Assembly (NCBI GenBank): GCA_030390025.1
Contig: JASTWF010000034.1
Span: 558,001-622,000 of the forward strand
Direction: 5' to 3'
Length of the DNA stretch: 64,000 nucleotides
Source of the DNA: Squalus acanthias
Taxonomy: Eukaryota
The position numbers were made by a program, and so were the translations under genes. The notes beneath the pieces are model-generated. The model was not told the origin of the DNA, ran no database searches, and was given only the letters and a program-made list of their open reading frames with translations. Shown piece by piece: positions 50,385 to 63,400 of this stretch. Position 1 is the stretch's first letter; the number at the start of each line of letters is the position of its first letter.

Positions 50385-51275
50385 TACACCTTCACCCTCC
50401 ATTACCTCATCAAAAAACTCAGTCAACATCGTCAAACACGATTTGCCTTTAACAAATCCGTGCTGGCTCTGCTTTATTAGTCATACTTACCCAAGTGGCT
50501 GTTAGTTTTCTCCTGGATTATTGTTTCTAAAAGCTTCTCCACCACCAATGTTAAACTGACTAGCCTGTAATTGCCAGATTTATCCTTCTCCCCTTTCATG
50601 AACAAGGGTGTAGTATTTGCAATCCTCCAGTCCTTTGGTCCCAGCCCTGTATCTAAGGAGGATTGGAAGATTGTGGCCAGCACCTCAGCAATTTCTACTC
50701 TTCCCTCAGCTACCTCGACTGCATCCCATCCGGACGGGGTGACTTATCCACTTTAAGAACCGCCAGCCTTTCTAGTGCCTCCTCTTTATCTATTTTTATC
50801 TCATCCTGTATCCCAACAACCTCCTTGTTTACCATAGCTTTGGCAAAGTCCTCTTCCTTGGTAAACACCGATGCAAAGTACTCATTTAGTACCTCAGCCA
50901 TGCCTTCTGCCGCCACCAATAGATCTCTATTTTGGTCCCTAATCAGCCCCACCATTCCTCTGACTACTATTTTACTGTTAATATGCTGATAAAAGACCTT
51001 TGGATTCCTTTTATGTTAGCTGCCAATCTATTCTCATACTGTCTCTTTGCCCCTCTTATTTTCTTTTTCACTTGTCCTCTGTACTTTTTATATTCAGCCT
51101 GACTCTCCCTTGTATTATCAAGCTGACATCTGTTATACGCCCCTTTTTCTGCTTCATCCTACTCTCTAACTCATTCAGGGAGCTCTGGCTTTGGTTGCTC
51201 TCCCTTTCCCCCTTGTACCAAAACTGTACCCGAACCACCTCCTCTTTTAAGGCCACCCATTGCTCCATTACTAGT
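50385..51275 (-). mobile_element. Degraded CR1 ORF2 middle fragment
   Basis: AEVLNEYFASVFTKEE, LKVDKSPRPDG, NYRLVSLT. Confidence 0.85.
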
Positions 51276-51654
51276 TGATGATGGCAGAAGCTTCGCCTGG
51301 AAGAAGTCATCCAAACAGAAGAACCTCCAGTGCGACAAGAGCTGATCGCTCTCCCACCTTAACGCTGAAATCCTTGGTCTTCACATTTATCTATTGCTTG
51401 ATGCTTGTGTGAACTGTTAAATGATTAAAGGTAACTTTTGATTAACTGAAGTCCAGAGCAGTGTGTCTTTCTTTGACTGCCTAATGTCCAGTTCCACTAA
51501 ATCACTGGAATATCTGTATCCCTACACCAGTGGGTGTAGAACTGAACCCAGCCAGAGTAGTGGGACAATTTGGAAATGGTGCGATGGGTTTGGATTTCAG
51601 CACAGGGATGAGGGAGTGTGTGCGCGACTGGGATTTAGTTTTAGAGGAACAAGA

Positions 51655-51785
51655 GAAAGTAATGTTCTGTATAAATGCGAATTGTCTGTTCTGAATTTCT
51701 ATCCTGTACTTCCAGTGATGACTTTTGTAAACTCTTTTTACAGGGGATTAGAAGGGGAGGATTTACTGACCAAACAAACTCCACA
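51655..51785 (+). pseudogene. Relic ZNF intron acceptor plus ~40 nt of the ZNF exon
   Basis: gaattgtctgttctgaatttctatcctgtact...tttgtaaactctttttacag|gggattagaaggggaggattta matches 26436-26522. Confidence 0.8.
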
Positions 51786-51819
51786 CCTTGGTCATCTTGT
51801 AGATTGTACAGACTGTTTA

Positions 51820-52930
51820 TGGATAACAAGCTGGTTACAAACAGAAAACAGAGAGCAGGGGTTAGGAGTGGCTACTCCAACTGGCAAAAGGTGGGAAGTG
51901 GTGTTCCACAGGGATCGATGCTGTTGTTCACAATTTACATGAAGGATTTGGACTTGGGAATCAGAAGTACAATTTCAAAATTTGTCGATGACACCAAATT
52001 GCGGGGTAGAGTTAATACTGAGGAAGACTGCGAGAAAATGCAAGAAGACATTAATAAATTTGCAGAATGGGAGGGTAATTCGCAAATAAATTTCAATATA
52101 GCTAAGTGTGAGGTGGTGCATTTTGGTAGGAATAATAAGGAGGCCACACACTACTTGTAACATAAGAATCTAAATGGGGTAGAAGAGCAAAGGGATCTCG
52201 GGGTCCAGATACACAAATCACTAAAAGTAGCGACGCAGGTTAATGAGGCCATAAAAGAAGCAAACAATGGACTGGGGCTCATTTCTAGAGGGATAGAATT
52301 GAACAGCAGAGAAGTTATGTTGAACTTGTATAGGACATTGGTTAGACCACACTTGGCGTACTGAGCACAGTTCTGGTCACCATATTATAAAAAGGATATC
52401 GAGGCACTGGAGAAGGTGGAAAAAGGCTTTGCAAGGAAGATCCTAGAACTGAGAGGATATATTTATCCGGAAAGGCTGAACAGGCTGGGGCTCTTTTCTC
52501 TAGAATAAAGAGAAGGCCGATGGGTGACCTGATTGAGGTCTTTAAGATTATGAAAAGATTATAGAGGGTGGACCTGGAGAAAATGTTTCCACTTGTGGGG
52601 GAGTCCAAAACTACAGGTCATAAATATAACACAGTCTCTAATAAATCCAATGGGGAATTCAGGAGAAACTTCTTTACCCAAAGAGAGGTAAGAATGTGGA
52701 ACGTGCTACCACAAGGAGTAGTTGAGGCGAATAGCACAGCTGCATTCATGGGGAAGGTAGATAAGCACATGAGGGAGAAAGGAGTAGAAGGATATGCTAA
52801 TAGGGTTCAATGAAGAGTGGTGGGAGGAGACTCGTGTGGAGCAGAAACACCGGCATTGACCAGTTGGGCCGAATGGCCTGTTCCTGTGCTGTAGACTCTG
52901 TAATTCGATGTAACTCTGTGTAACTATGTC
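51820..52930 (+). mobile_element. CR1 3' half (same subfamily as 34875-37705)
   Basis: GVPQGS, FVDDTK, NFFTQREVRMWN; tgtaac-type tail. Confidence 0.88.
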
Positions 52931-53409
52931 CTCTGACTCCTGACACAGCTGGAAAAGCTTTTACTATTATTACCACAATTGTGCACCATCTTCCAAAAGA
53001 TCTCTTAGCTTCTCTAATGGCTGCTTTTGACTCCCTCAATTGTGGGTGATATTTGTCCCTATTCTCCTATAAACTGAACTCACCTTGATCTGAACTGGGT
53101 TCAATGTAAGACAGTTCGGGGAGTCAGACATCGTTCACCCCGAGACCTACGCTGGCCGGTGAAACCCCAGACGGTTCCTCAGTAAGGATTCCTCTGGTTC
53201 CTCACCATATATTTGTCAGGATACTGAAACCCAGCTTTCTTACTGTCCACTCCTGGAGGCCCCACTCCCTGAGCCTACAACCTTCAGCAGGGTCAGTGGT
53301 GAAGTTCCACAGCGGGAGTGATCCCAGAGTAACTGTCAGGATCGCACCCCTGTGGATGTTCCGGGTCGTGTATTTTTAGTTATCCTGGTGTCTAACACAC
53401 ACACATCAA

Positions 53410-53535
53410 TAAAACAGGGAATTCCTGGAAACACGCTGCAGGTCCTTCTTTATCTGGAGATCAAATGTCTGCTCCTTCATCAGGTGAAAGCTTGTGATTT
53501 CAAATAAAACTGTTGGACTATAACCTGGTGTTGTG
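53410..53535. mobile_element. Penelope-like element terminal remnant
   Basis: gaaagcttgtgatttcaaataaaactgttggactataacctggtg plus minus-strand ctgatgaaggagcag, which I associate with shark Penelope ends. Confidence 0.5.
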
Positions 53536-53712
53536 CGAGTATATTCAAGGCTGAGATAGTTAGATATTTGGACTCCAGAGGAATCAAGGGATATGGGGAT
53601 AGGGCAGGAAAGTGGAGATGAGATAGTAGATCAGCCATGGTCCTATTGAATGGCGGAGCAGGCTCGAGGGGCCGAATGGCCCACACCTGCTGCTGATTCT
53701 TATGTTCTTATG
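53536..53712 (+). mobile_element. CR1 3' tail fragment
   Basis: atattcaaggctgagatag...gcaggctcgaggggccgaatggcc...ttcttatgttcttatg. Confidence 0.85.
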
Positions 53713-54081
53713 TAAAATAGAAATCAGAGGGTTGGAGTTAAGGGAAGTTTGTTGTCATCTTTCCATCCATTCTGCTGCCTGGCCCTTGACTCCACCCGGC
53801 CTGACCGTGGTCATCTTGTAGACCGTACATATTACAGACACAGTGCACCAGTGGTGGAGGGGGTGGATATCGAGTCCTGTGGCAGGGGCGCTGATGAAGT
53901 TGATTTCTCCGTCCCGTGTGTTTTGAGGCATCGCTAGTTGCATTTTTCACCTCTTTCCACCTTTAAAAAATCTTTTTGCCAGTTTATTAAAGCCATTAAA
54001 AACCTTCCAGATAAGTCATACAAAAAAATGAGGCCTTGTATGTTTCCGTCAGAATCACAGGCCTGAACTAGAGTTAGAAAT

Positions 54082-57000
54082 CATAAGAACATAAGAACAT
54101 AAGAAATAGGAGCAGGAGTCGACCAATCGGCCCCTCGAGCCTGCTCCGCCATTCAATGAGATCATGGCTGATCTGATCCAACCTCAACTCTAAAGAGCAC
54201 AAGAAGCAGGAGCAGGACCAGGCCACTCGGCCCCTGGGCCCGATCCGCCACCCACAGGGCCTTGACCGATCCGAACTCAAACTCATGTCCAATTTCCAGC
54301 CCGCTCCCCGTAACCCCTGATACCCTTTACTTCCAGGAAACGGTCTATTTCTATTTTAAATTTATTTAATGAAGTAGCTTCCACAGCTTCCTGGGGTAGC
54401 AAATTCCACAGAGCCACTACCCTCTGAGTGAAAAAGTTTCTCCTCATCTCAGTTTTGAAAGAGGAGCCCCTTATTCTAAGATTATGTCCCCTAGTTCTAG
54501 TTTCACCCATCATTGGGAACATCCTCACCGCGTCCACCCGATCAAGCCCCTTCACAATCTTATATGTTTCAATAAGATCGCCTCTCATTCTTCTGAACTC
54601 CAATGAGTAGAGTCCCAATCTACTCAACCTCTCCTCGTATGTACACCCCCTCATCCCCGGAATTAACCGAGTGAACCTTCTTTGTACTGCCTCGAGAGCA
54701 AGTATGTCTTTTCTTAAGTATGGACACCAAAACTGTATGCAGTACTCCAGGTGCGGTCTCACCAATACCCTATACAACTGCAGCAATACCTCTCTGTTTT
54801 TATATTCTATCCCCCTAGCAATAAAAGCCAACATTCCATTGGCTTTCTTGATCACCTGCTGCACCTGCATACTAACTTTTTGATTTTCTTGCACCAAGAC
54901 CCCATGATCCCTTTGAACTGCAGTACTTTCCAGTATCTCGCCATTAAGATAATAACTTGCTCTCTGATTTTTCCTGCCAAAGTGCATAACCTCACATTTT
55001 CCAATATTGTATTGCATCTGCCAAATCTCTGCCCACTCACCCAGCCTGTCTATATCCCCTTGTAGGTTTTTTATGTCCTCTTCACTCTCTACTTTCCCTC
55101 CCATCTTTGTATCATCTGCAAACTTTGATATGTTACACTCGGTCCCCTCCTCCAAATCGTTAATATAGATTGTAAAGAGTTGGGGACCCAGCACCGACCC
55201 CTGCAGAACACCACTGGCTACTGGTTGCCAGTCCGAGAATGAACCATTTATCCCAACTCTCTGCTTCCTGTTAGATAACCAATCCTCCACCCATGCCAGA
55301 ATATTACCCGCAATCCAGTGATTTTTTATCTTGAGTAATAATCTTTTATGTGGCACCTTGTCGAATGCCTTCTGGAAGTCTAAATACACTACATCTACTG
55401 GTTCCCCTTTATCCACCCTGTACGGTATGTCCTCAAAGAACTCGAGCAAATTTGTCAGACATGACTTCCCCTTCATAAAGCCATGCTGACTTTGTCCTAT
55501 TAAATTATGTTTATCTAAATGTTCCGTTACTGTCTCCTTAATAATAGACTCCAAAATTTTACCCACCACAGATGTTAGGCTAACTGGTCTATAATTTCCA
55601 GCCTTCTGCCTACAACCCTTTTTAAATAAGGGTGTTACATTAGCAGTTTTCCAATCTGCCGGGACCTTTGCTGAGTTCAGGGAGTTTTGGAAAATTATTA
55701 CCAAAGCATCCACAATTCCTACTGTCACTTCCCTCAAGACCATAGGATGTAAGCCATCAGGTCCAGGGGATTTATCCGCCTTGAGTCCCATTATTTTACT
55801 GAGTACCAATTCCTTAGTAATTTTAATCGTATTTAGCTCCTCCCCCACTAGAGCCCCCTGTTTGTCCAGTGTTGGGATATTCTTAGTGTCCTCTACCGTA
55901 AAGACTGAAACAAAATATTTGTTCAGCATTATGCCATCTCCATGTTTCCCACCATTAATTTCCCGGTCTCATCCTCTAAGGGACCTACGTTTGCCTTAAC
56001 CACCCTTTTTCTTTTTATATAACTATAGAAACTCTTGCTATCTGTTTTTATATTTTTTGCTAATTTATTTTCATAGTCTATTTTCCCTTTCTTAATCAAT
56101 CCTTTAGTTACTTTTTGTTGTCTTTTGAAGACTTCCCAATCTTCTATACTTCCACTAACTTTGGCTACCTTATATGTCCTTGTTTTTAGTTGGATACTTT
56201 CTTTAATTTCTTTACTTAGCCATGGATGGCTGTCATTTCTTTTACACCCTTTTTTCCTCTGTGGAATATATTTATTTTGAAAGTTGTAAAATAACTCCTT
56301 GAATGGACACCACTGCTCATGCACCGTCTTACCCTTTAATCTGTTTTCCCAGTCCACTTTAATCAATTCTGCTCTCATGTCATCATAGTCTCCTTTATTC
56401 AAGCTCAGTACGCTTGTTTGAGAACCAACCTTCTCACCCTCTAATTGGATATGGAATTCAACCATGTTATGGTCATTCATTCCAAGGGGATCCTTAACTA
56501 GGACATTATTAATTAATCCAGACTCATTACACAGTACCAGGTCCAAGGTTGCTTGCCCCCTTGTAGGATCAGTTACATACTGCTCAAGAAATCCATCCCG
56601 AAGACACTCAATAAACTCTTCCTCAAGGCTGCCCTGCCCAATTTGATTTGTCCAGTTAATATGATAGTTAAAATCCCCCATATTTATCGCTGTTCCCTTA
56701 TTACATGCCCCAACTATTTCCTGATTAATACTTCTTTCAACAGAGTTGCAACTTTTTGGAGGCCTATATACTACGCCCACCAGTGTTTTTTTCCCCTTAT
56801 TATTCCTAATCTCTACCCAAACTGTTTCATTATCCTGATCTTTTGACCCAATATCATGTCTCTGTATTACAGTGATTCCTTTCTTTATTAACATAGCCAC
56901 CCCCCCTCCCCTTCCTTCCTGCCTGTCCTTCCTGATTGTTAAATACCCTGGCATATTTAATTCCCAGACGTTGTCACCCTGCAGCCATGTTTCTGTAATG

Positions 57001-58560
57001 GCCACAAGATCATACCCATACATAGTTATTTGTGCCGTTAACTCATCAATTTTGTTACGAATGCTACGTGCATTCAGATAAAGAACTTTCAAATGTGTTT
57101 TGCGACACTTACTTCCTGCTTTTTCCTTATTTAACACTTTACCTTTTACTCCATACCTTCTGTCCCTTCCTGACATGCTTTCCTCTGTCTCCCTGCTCAG
57201 GTTCCCAACCCCCTGCCACATTAGTTTAAATCCTCCCCAACAGCACTAGCAAACACTCCCCCTAGGACAGCGGTCCCGGCCCTGCCCAGGTGCAGACCGT
57301 CCGGTTTGTACTGGTCCCACCTCCCCCAGAACCGGTTCCAATGTCCCAGGAATTTGAATCCCTCCCCCTTGCACCATTCCTCTAGCCACGTATTCATTTG
57401 AAATATCCTCCTATTTCTACTCTGACTAGCACGTGGCACTGGTAGCAATCCTGAGATTACTACCTTTGAGGTCCTATTTTTTAATTTACCTCCTAACTCC
57501 CTATATTCTGCTTTTAGGACCTCATCCCCTTTTTTACCTATATCGTTGGTGCCTATGTGCACCACGACAGCTGGCTGTTCGCCCTCCCCCTCCAAAATGT
57601 TCTGTAGCCGCTCCGAGACGTCCTTGACCCTTGCACCAGGGAGGCAACACACCATCCTGGAGTCTCGGTTGCGGCCGCAGAAACGCCTATCTATTCCCCT
57701 TACAATTGAGTCCCCTATCACTATAGCTCTTCCACTCTTTTTCCTCCCAGCCTGTGCAGCAGAGCCGCCCATGGTGCCAGGAAGTTGGCTGCTGCTGCCT
57801 TCCCCTAAGTCATCCCCCCCAACAGTATCCAAAGCTGGTATATCTGTTTGAGAGGGGGATGGCCACAGGGGACCCCTGCACTACCTGCCTGCACCTCCTA
57901 CTCTGCCTGGTGGTCACCCATTCCCTTCCTGCCTGTACACCCTTCACCTGCGGTGTGACCAACTCACTAAACGTGCTATCCACGAGGTTCTCAGCATCGC
58001 GAATGCTCCAATATGCATCCAGCCGCAGCTCCAGCGCCGCAATGCGGGCTGTCAGTAGCTGCAGCTGGATACACTTCCCGCACACATGGTCGTCAGGGAC
58101 ACCGGAAGGGTCCCTGATTTCTCACATAGAGCAGGAGGAGCACAACACGGGGCTGGGCTGTCCTGCCATGACTTACCCTTTAATTAATTGAACTTTAATT
58201 AAATCAAATCAATACCACCAATTTCACTCAATTAAATGAATTACTCAAGGGCCCTTGGTTACTAGCACTAGAAACCGCCAACTTATATACAGGTAAAAAA
58301 AAAACTTACCCAGCAACCACTGCGACCCGCACTATTAAAGCAATCACCCTGTATAGCTTTTTAGCCTCGCTGCTCCACTCACTTCTCGCCCAGGTCCGCC
58401 GCTGTAAAAGAGGGGCCTACCTGGATACCGCAGGCTTTTTAGCCTCGCTGCTCCACTCACTTCTCGCCCAGGTCCGCCGCTGTAAAAGAGGGGCCTACCT
58501 GGATACCGCAGGCTTTTTAGCCTCGCTGCTCCACTCACTTCTCGCCCAGGTCCTCCGCTG
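54082..58560 (-). mobile_element. Full-length CR1 with one frameshift in each ORF and a tandemly repeated 5' end
   Basis: ORF1 57810-58170 and 57221-57832 (CGKC, GDSIVR). ORF2 55929-57221 and 54283-55929 (NARS, YRPP, FADD). Tail (ttcttatg)n. Confidence 0.97.
58356..58560. repeat. 78-bp tandem repeat (~2.6 copies) in the CR1 5' region
   Basis: gctttttagcc recurs at 58356, 58434 and 58512. Confidence 0.92.
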
Positions 58561-59239
58561 CACCTGCCCCGGGGGGATTGGGAGGGGCTTGGCTGCTTTC
58601 ACATTTTTCCAGGCTGCTCTTTGATTGATTGGCTCCCTGCTCCTGTGTGATGTCACTTGGAAACAGGGCCCCGCCCCTGGTTACGGCCCATCAGTGGGAT
58701 GTCAGTGTGGGAGGAGCTGGAGTGACAGCTGACACTGGCAGTGAGTTTAGTCCCAATAAACAGGGCAAAGGGCTGAAAGGAACAATTTAATATTAATGTA
58801 AGTAATTCAAATACACATTAATTGCAAATATAATGAAATTAGATACAATCCCAGTCACAAAAACAGCCCCACTGTATTCCAGGTACTGGATCTGGGATTA
58901 ATATGAATCATTTTTCTATTGACAGTCTCTGGGAGTGAACAATATCTCAGGAAGGTGGAGAGAGAGAAGTCGAATCATCGCCTCACTGACTGGGACTGGA
59001 GAAATGTCTCTGGGTTCACAGAGCAGATCTGGTGGGATCAAGACCCCCAGTCTCGGAGACGGGATAAAACGGAAGCTTCAACAATGATTGGAAAGGTGAG
59101 GAACTTTACTGAGAATCCCATCAGTCCAGGATTTTGCTGAGGTGAGAGTCTAACCAGATACTGGGAGCTGTTCAACATCTGCCGTCAGGCTCGGCCTTTG
59201 ATGTGGCAAGTTGAGCGGAGCTTAACTCTGAGATAAAAC

Positions 59240-59870
59240 TTTAGCTTACCCCACCCGGGAGTGTTTGACACTTGCATGTAGTGAGATCTTTATTCTGTAT
59301 TGACCCCATGCTGTACCCGAGCTGGTTGTGCTTCATTGGGTAGTGTCAAGGGAGCTGTACGCTGCATTGAACACATGATGTATCAGAGTTGGTTGTGTTG
59401 ATGAACCAAATTGGAGGGAACTTTACTCTGTATCTAATCCGTGCTGTACCTGCCCTGGGAATGTTTGATGGGACAGTGTAGAGGGAGCTTTACTCTGTAT
59501 CTAACCCACTGTACCTGCCCTGGGAGTGTTTGATGGGCCAGTGTAGAGGAAGCTTTACTCTGTATCTAACCCGTGCTGTACCTGCCCTGGGAGTGTTTGA
59601 TGGGACAGTGCAGAGGGAGCTTTACTCTGTATCTAACCCGTGCTGTACCTGCCCTGGGAATGTTTGGTGGGGCAGTGTAAGAGGGAGCTTTACTTTGCAT
59701 CTAACCCGTGCTGTACCTGCCCTGGAAATGTTTGGTGGGCAGTGTAGAGGAAGCTTTCCTTTGTATCTATCCCGTGCTGTACCTACCCTGGGACTGTTTG
59801 GTGGGGCAGCGTAGAGGGAGCTGAACTTTGATTCTAACCCACTGTACCTGCCCTGGAGGTATTTGATGAG
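59240..59870. repeat. 67-bp tandem repeat, degenerate at both edges
   Basis: Same unit as 37706-38350. Confidence 0.88.
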
Positions 59871-59924
59871 AGCTTTGGGATCCCACCGCACCAGAGATTG
59901 ACAGAAACAGAATGGATCGCACAC

Positions 59925-60428
59925 TCACACAGAGGGTGTCTCAGAGTGGGCCTGTACTTAAAGGGACTCCACAGATGGAGTCACAGAGTGGGTCTATACT
60001 TAGGGACTCCACAGGGGAATCACAGAGTGGGTCTATACTTAGGGACTCCACAGAGGGTGTCACAGAGTGGGTCTATACTTAGGGACTCCACAGATGGAGT
60101 CACAGAGTGGGTCTATACTTAGGGACTCCACAGAGGGTGTTACAGAGTGGGTCTATACTTAGGGACTCCACAGAGGGAGTCACAGAGTGGGTCTATACTT
60201 ATTGACTCCACAGATGGAGTCAGAGTGGGTCTATACTTAGGGACTCACACAGAGGGTGTCACAGAGTGGGTCTATACTTAGGGACTCCACAGATGGAGTC
60301 ACAGAGTGGGCCTGTACTTAGGGACTCCACAGATGGTGTCACAGAGTGGGCCTGTACGGAAAGGGACTCCACAGAGGGTGTCACAGAGTGGGTCTATACT
60401 TAGGGACTCCACAGATGGAGTCACAGAG
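59925..60428. repeat. 40-bp minisatellite (~12 copies)
   Basis: cacagagtgggtctatacttagggactccacagatggagt. Confidence 0.95.
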
Positions 60429-63400
60429 TCTTCTTGGGCAGTCCCTCGGAAACGAGGATGACTTGCTTCCACACTAAAAATGAGTTCTGAGGTGACTGAT
60501 GAGTCCAATGCGGGACCTACAGTCTCTGTCACAGGTGGGGCAGACGGTGGTTGAAGGGGCGGGTGGGTGGGGTGCTTGGGTTGACGTGCGATCCTTACGC
60601 TGTTTGCGCTTGGCTTCCGCTTGCTCCCGGCGGAGAGACTCGAAGTATTCGGCGCCTTCCCGGATGCTTTTCCTCCAGGGATTCCCAGGTTTCGCTGGGG
60701 ATGTTGCACTTTTTGAAGAAGGCTTTGAGAGTGTCCTTGAAGCGTTTCCTCTGCCCACCTGGGGCTCTCTTGCGGTGTCGGAGCTCCGAGTAGAGCGCTA
60801 ATTTTGGAAGTCTCTTATCGGGCATGCGGACGATGTGGCCCGGCCATCGGAGCTGATCGAGCGTGGTTAAAGCTTCGATGCTGGGGATGTTGGCCTGAGC
60901 GAGAACGCTGAAGTTGGTGCGCCTATCCTGCCAATGGATTTGCAGGATCTTGCGGAGGCAGCATTGGTGGTACCTCTCCAGTGCTTTGAGGTACCTGCTG
61001 TACATGGTCCATGTCTCTGAAGCATACAGGAGGTTGGGTATCACTACTGCTCTGTAGACCATGAGCTTGGGGCTGGGTTTGAGGTCCTGGTCTTTAAACA
61101 TTCTCTTCCTCAGGCGACCGAAGGCTGCACTGGCAAACTGAAGGCGGTGTTGGACTTTGTCATCGACGTCTCCCCTTGTTGACGGTAGGCTCCCGAGATG
61201 TGGAAAGTGGTCCGCGTTGTCCAAGGCCTCGTCATGGATTTTCATAATGGGGAGCAGTACTTGTGGCGGGTTGGTGGAGGACCTTTGACTTACGGATGTT
61301 TAGTGTAAGGTCCATGCTCTCGTACGCTTCGGTGAAGATGTTGACGATGGTTTAGAGTTCGACTGGTGAGTGAGCACAGATGCACGCGTCGTCTGCGTAC
61401 TGTAATTCGATGACAGAGGATGGAACGACCTTGGATCTGGACTGGAGGCGATGGAGTTTGAACAGTTCCCCTTTGTTCTGTAGATTAGCTCCACCCCGGG
61501 GGGGAGCTTACTGAGGGTGAGATGGAGCATTGCAGCCAGGAAGAACGAGAAGAGCGTTGTTGCGATGACACAGCCTTGCTTGACCCCGGTCCGTACATGA
61601 ATTGGGTCTCTGGTGGATCTGTTTGTCAGGATTACAGCTTGAATGTTGTCGTGAAGCAGGCGGAGGATGGTGACAAACTTTTGAGGGCAGCTGAATTTGA
61701 GGAGGATACTCCATAATCCCTCACGGTTGATGGTGTCGAAGGCCTTTATGAGGTCAAAGAAGACCATGTACAGCGGTTGGTGCTGTTCCCTGCATTTCTC
61801 TTGACGCGCGGTGAAGATCATGTTCATTGTGCCCCTTAGTGGGCGTAATCCGCATTGCGTCTCTGGGAGGAGCTCTTCAGCCAGTGGGAGAAGGCGATTG
61901 AGGAGGATTCTTGCGATGACTTTCCCTGTGACAGACAGGAGGGAGACTGCTCTGTAATTACCACAATCAGACTCGTCACCTTTCTTGAAGATGTTCACGA
62001 TTACGGCGTCTCTGAGATCCCCTGGCATGCTCTCCTCCTTCCAAATAAGAGAAATGAGTTCATGTATTCGCACCAATAGTACTTCTTCACCATGTTTTAG
62101 CGCCTCGGCGGGGATTCCATCTGCTCCTGAGGCCTTGTTGTTCTTCAGTTGTCGGATGACCTTTTCAACCTCATGCCGGACTGAGTTTGTGCTGAGGTGG
62201 TTGCGGGCAGCATGCTGCGGGATGGAGTTGAGGACACTCGCATCGAAGACAGAGTTTTGGTTAAGGAGATCTTCGAAGTGCTCCTTCTAGCGAGCACTGT
62301 CTGCCTCTCTGTCCTGGATGAGTACCTCTCCATTCTTAGCCCGCAGTGGGGTAGGACCATGGGTGCTTGGGCAGTAGGTGGTCTTGAATGCGCTAAAGAA
62401 TTCACGCACGTCGTGGTTGTCGGCTCGCTGCTGGATCTCCTGCGCTTTCTCCATCCACCATCTGTTCTTAGGTCGCGAGTTTTTTGTTGGACCTCGGCCT
62501 TCAATGTCTGTAGAGCTGCTTTCTGGCTCTCGAGTTCTGTTACTGTTGCCAGATCAGCAATGCCTTGCCCTTGTGACTTATTAGCTCCTATATCTCCTGG
62601 TCGTTCTTGTTGAACCAGTCTTGATTTTTCCTGGTCGAGTGACCGAGCGTCTCTTCGCAGGTGCTGATTATGGAGGCCTTGAGTGCAGACCAGGCGCCGT
62701 GGACACACTGTGTCTCTGAATCGCTGGGAGTCGTCAGGGTGGTTGTGAGGCGCAGGCTGAATAGGGCTTTCTTAGCAGGGTCTGTGAGTGCTCCAGCGTT
62801 GATTTTCCTGCGGCATTGCATCTGTTGCCGCCGCTGTTTTGGGGCTACGTTGATGGAGATGACAGAGCGGATTAGGCAGTGGGCTGTCCAGCAGTCATCA
62901 GCTCCTGTCATGGCACAGGTGATGCGGACGTCCTTGCGGTCCCTCGCTCGGGCGATGACGTAGTCCAACAGATACCAGTGCTTGGAGCGAGGGTGTTGCC
63001 ATGAAGCCTTGTACTTGTCTCTCTGACAGAACAAGGTGTTGGTTATGACAAGGCCATGTTCTTAGCATTTCGTCAGGAGGAGGGTACCATTGGAGTTGGC
63101 TTTCCCTACCCCCTCTCTGCCGATCACACCTCCCCAGAGGTCAGTGTCCTTTCCACCTCTGGTGTTGAAGTCGCCAAGGGGGATCAACTTGTCGCCCATT
63201 GGGACTCGGGACAGGGATTGTTCGAGGCTGGAGTAGAATTCCTCTTTGGTCTTGTCTGTGTCTTCCAGTGTTGGGGCGTATGCACTGATGACCGTAGCGC
63301 ACTGGTTCTGGGCTAGGTTGATCCATGAGTGATGAGGCGTTCGTTTATTCCACAAGGGGAGTCTCTGAGACGTTTAACTAGCTCATTTTTTATGGCGACA

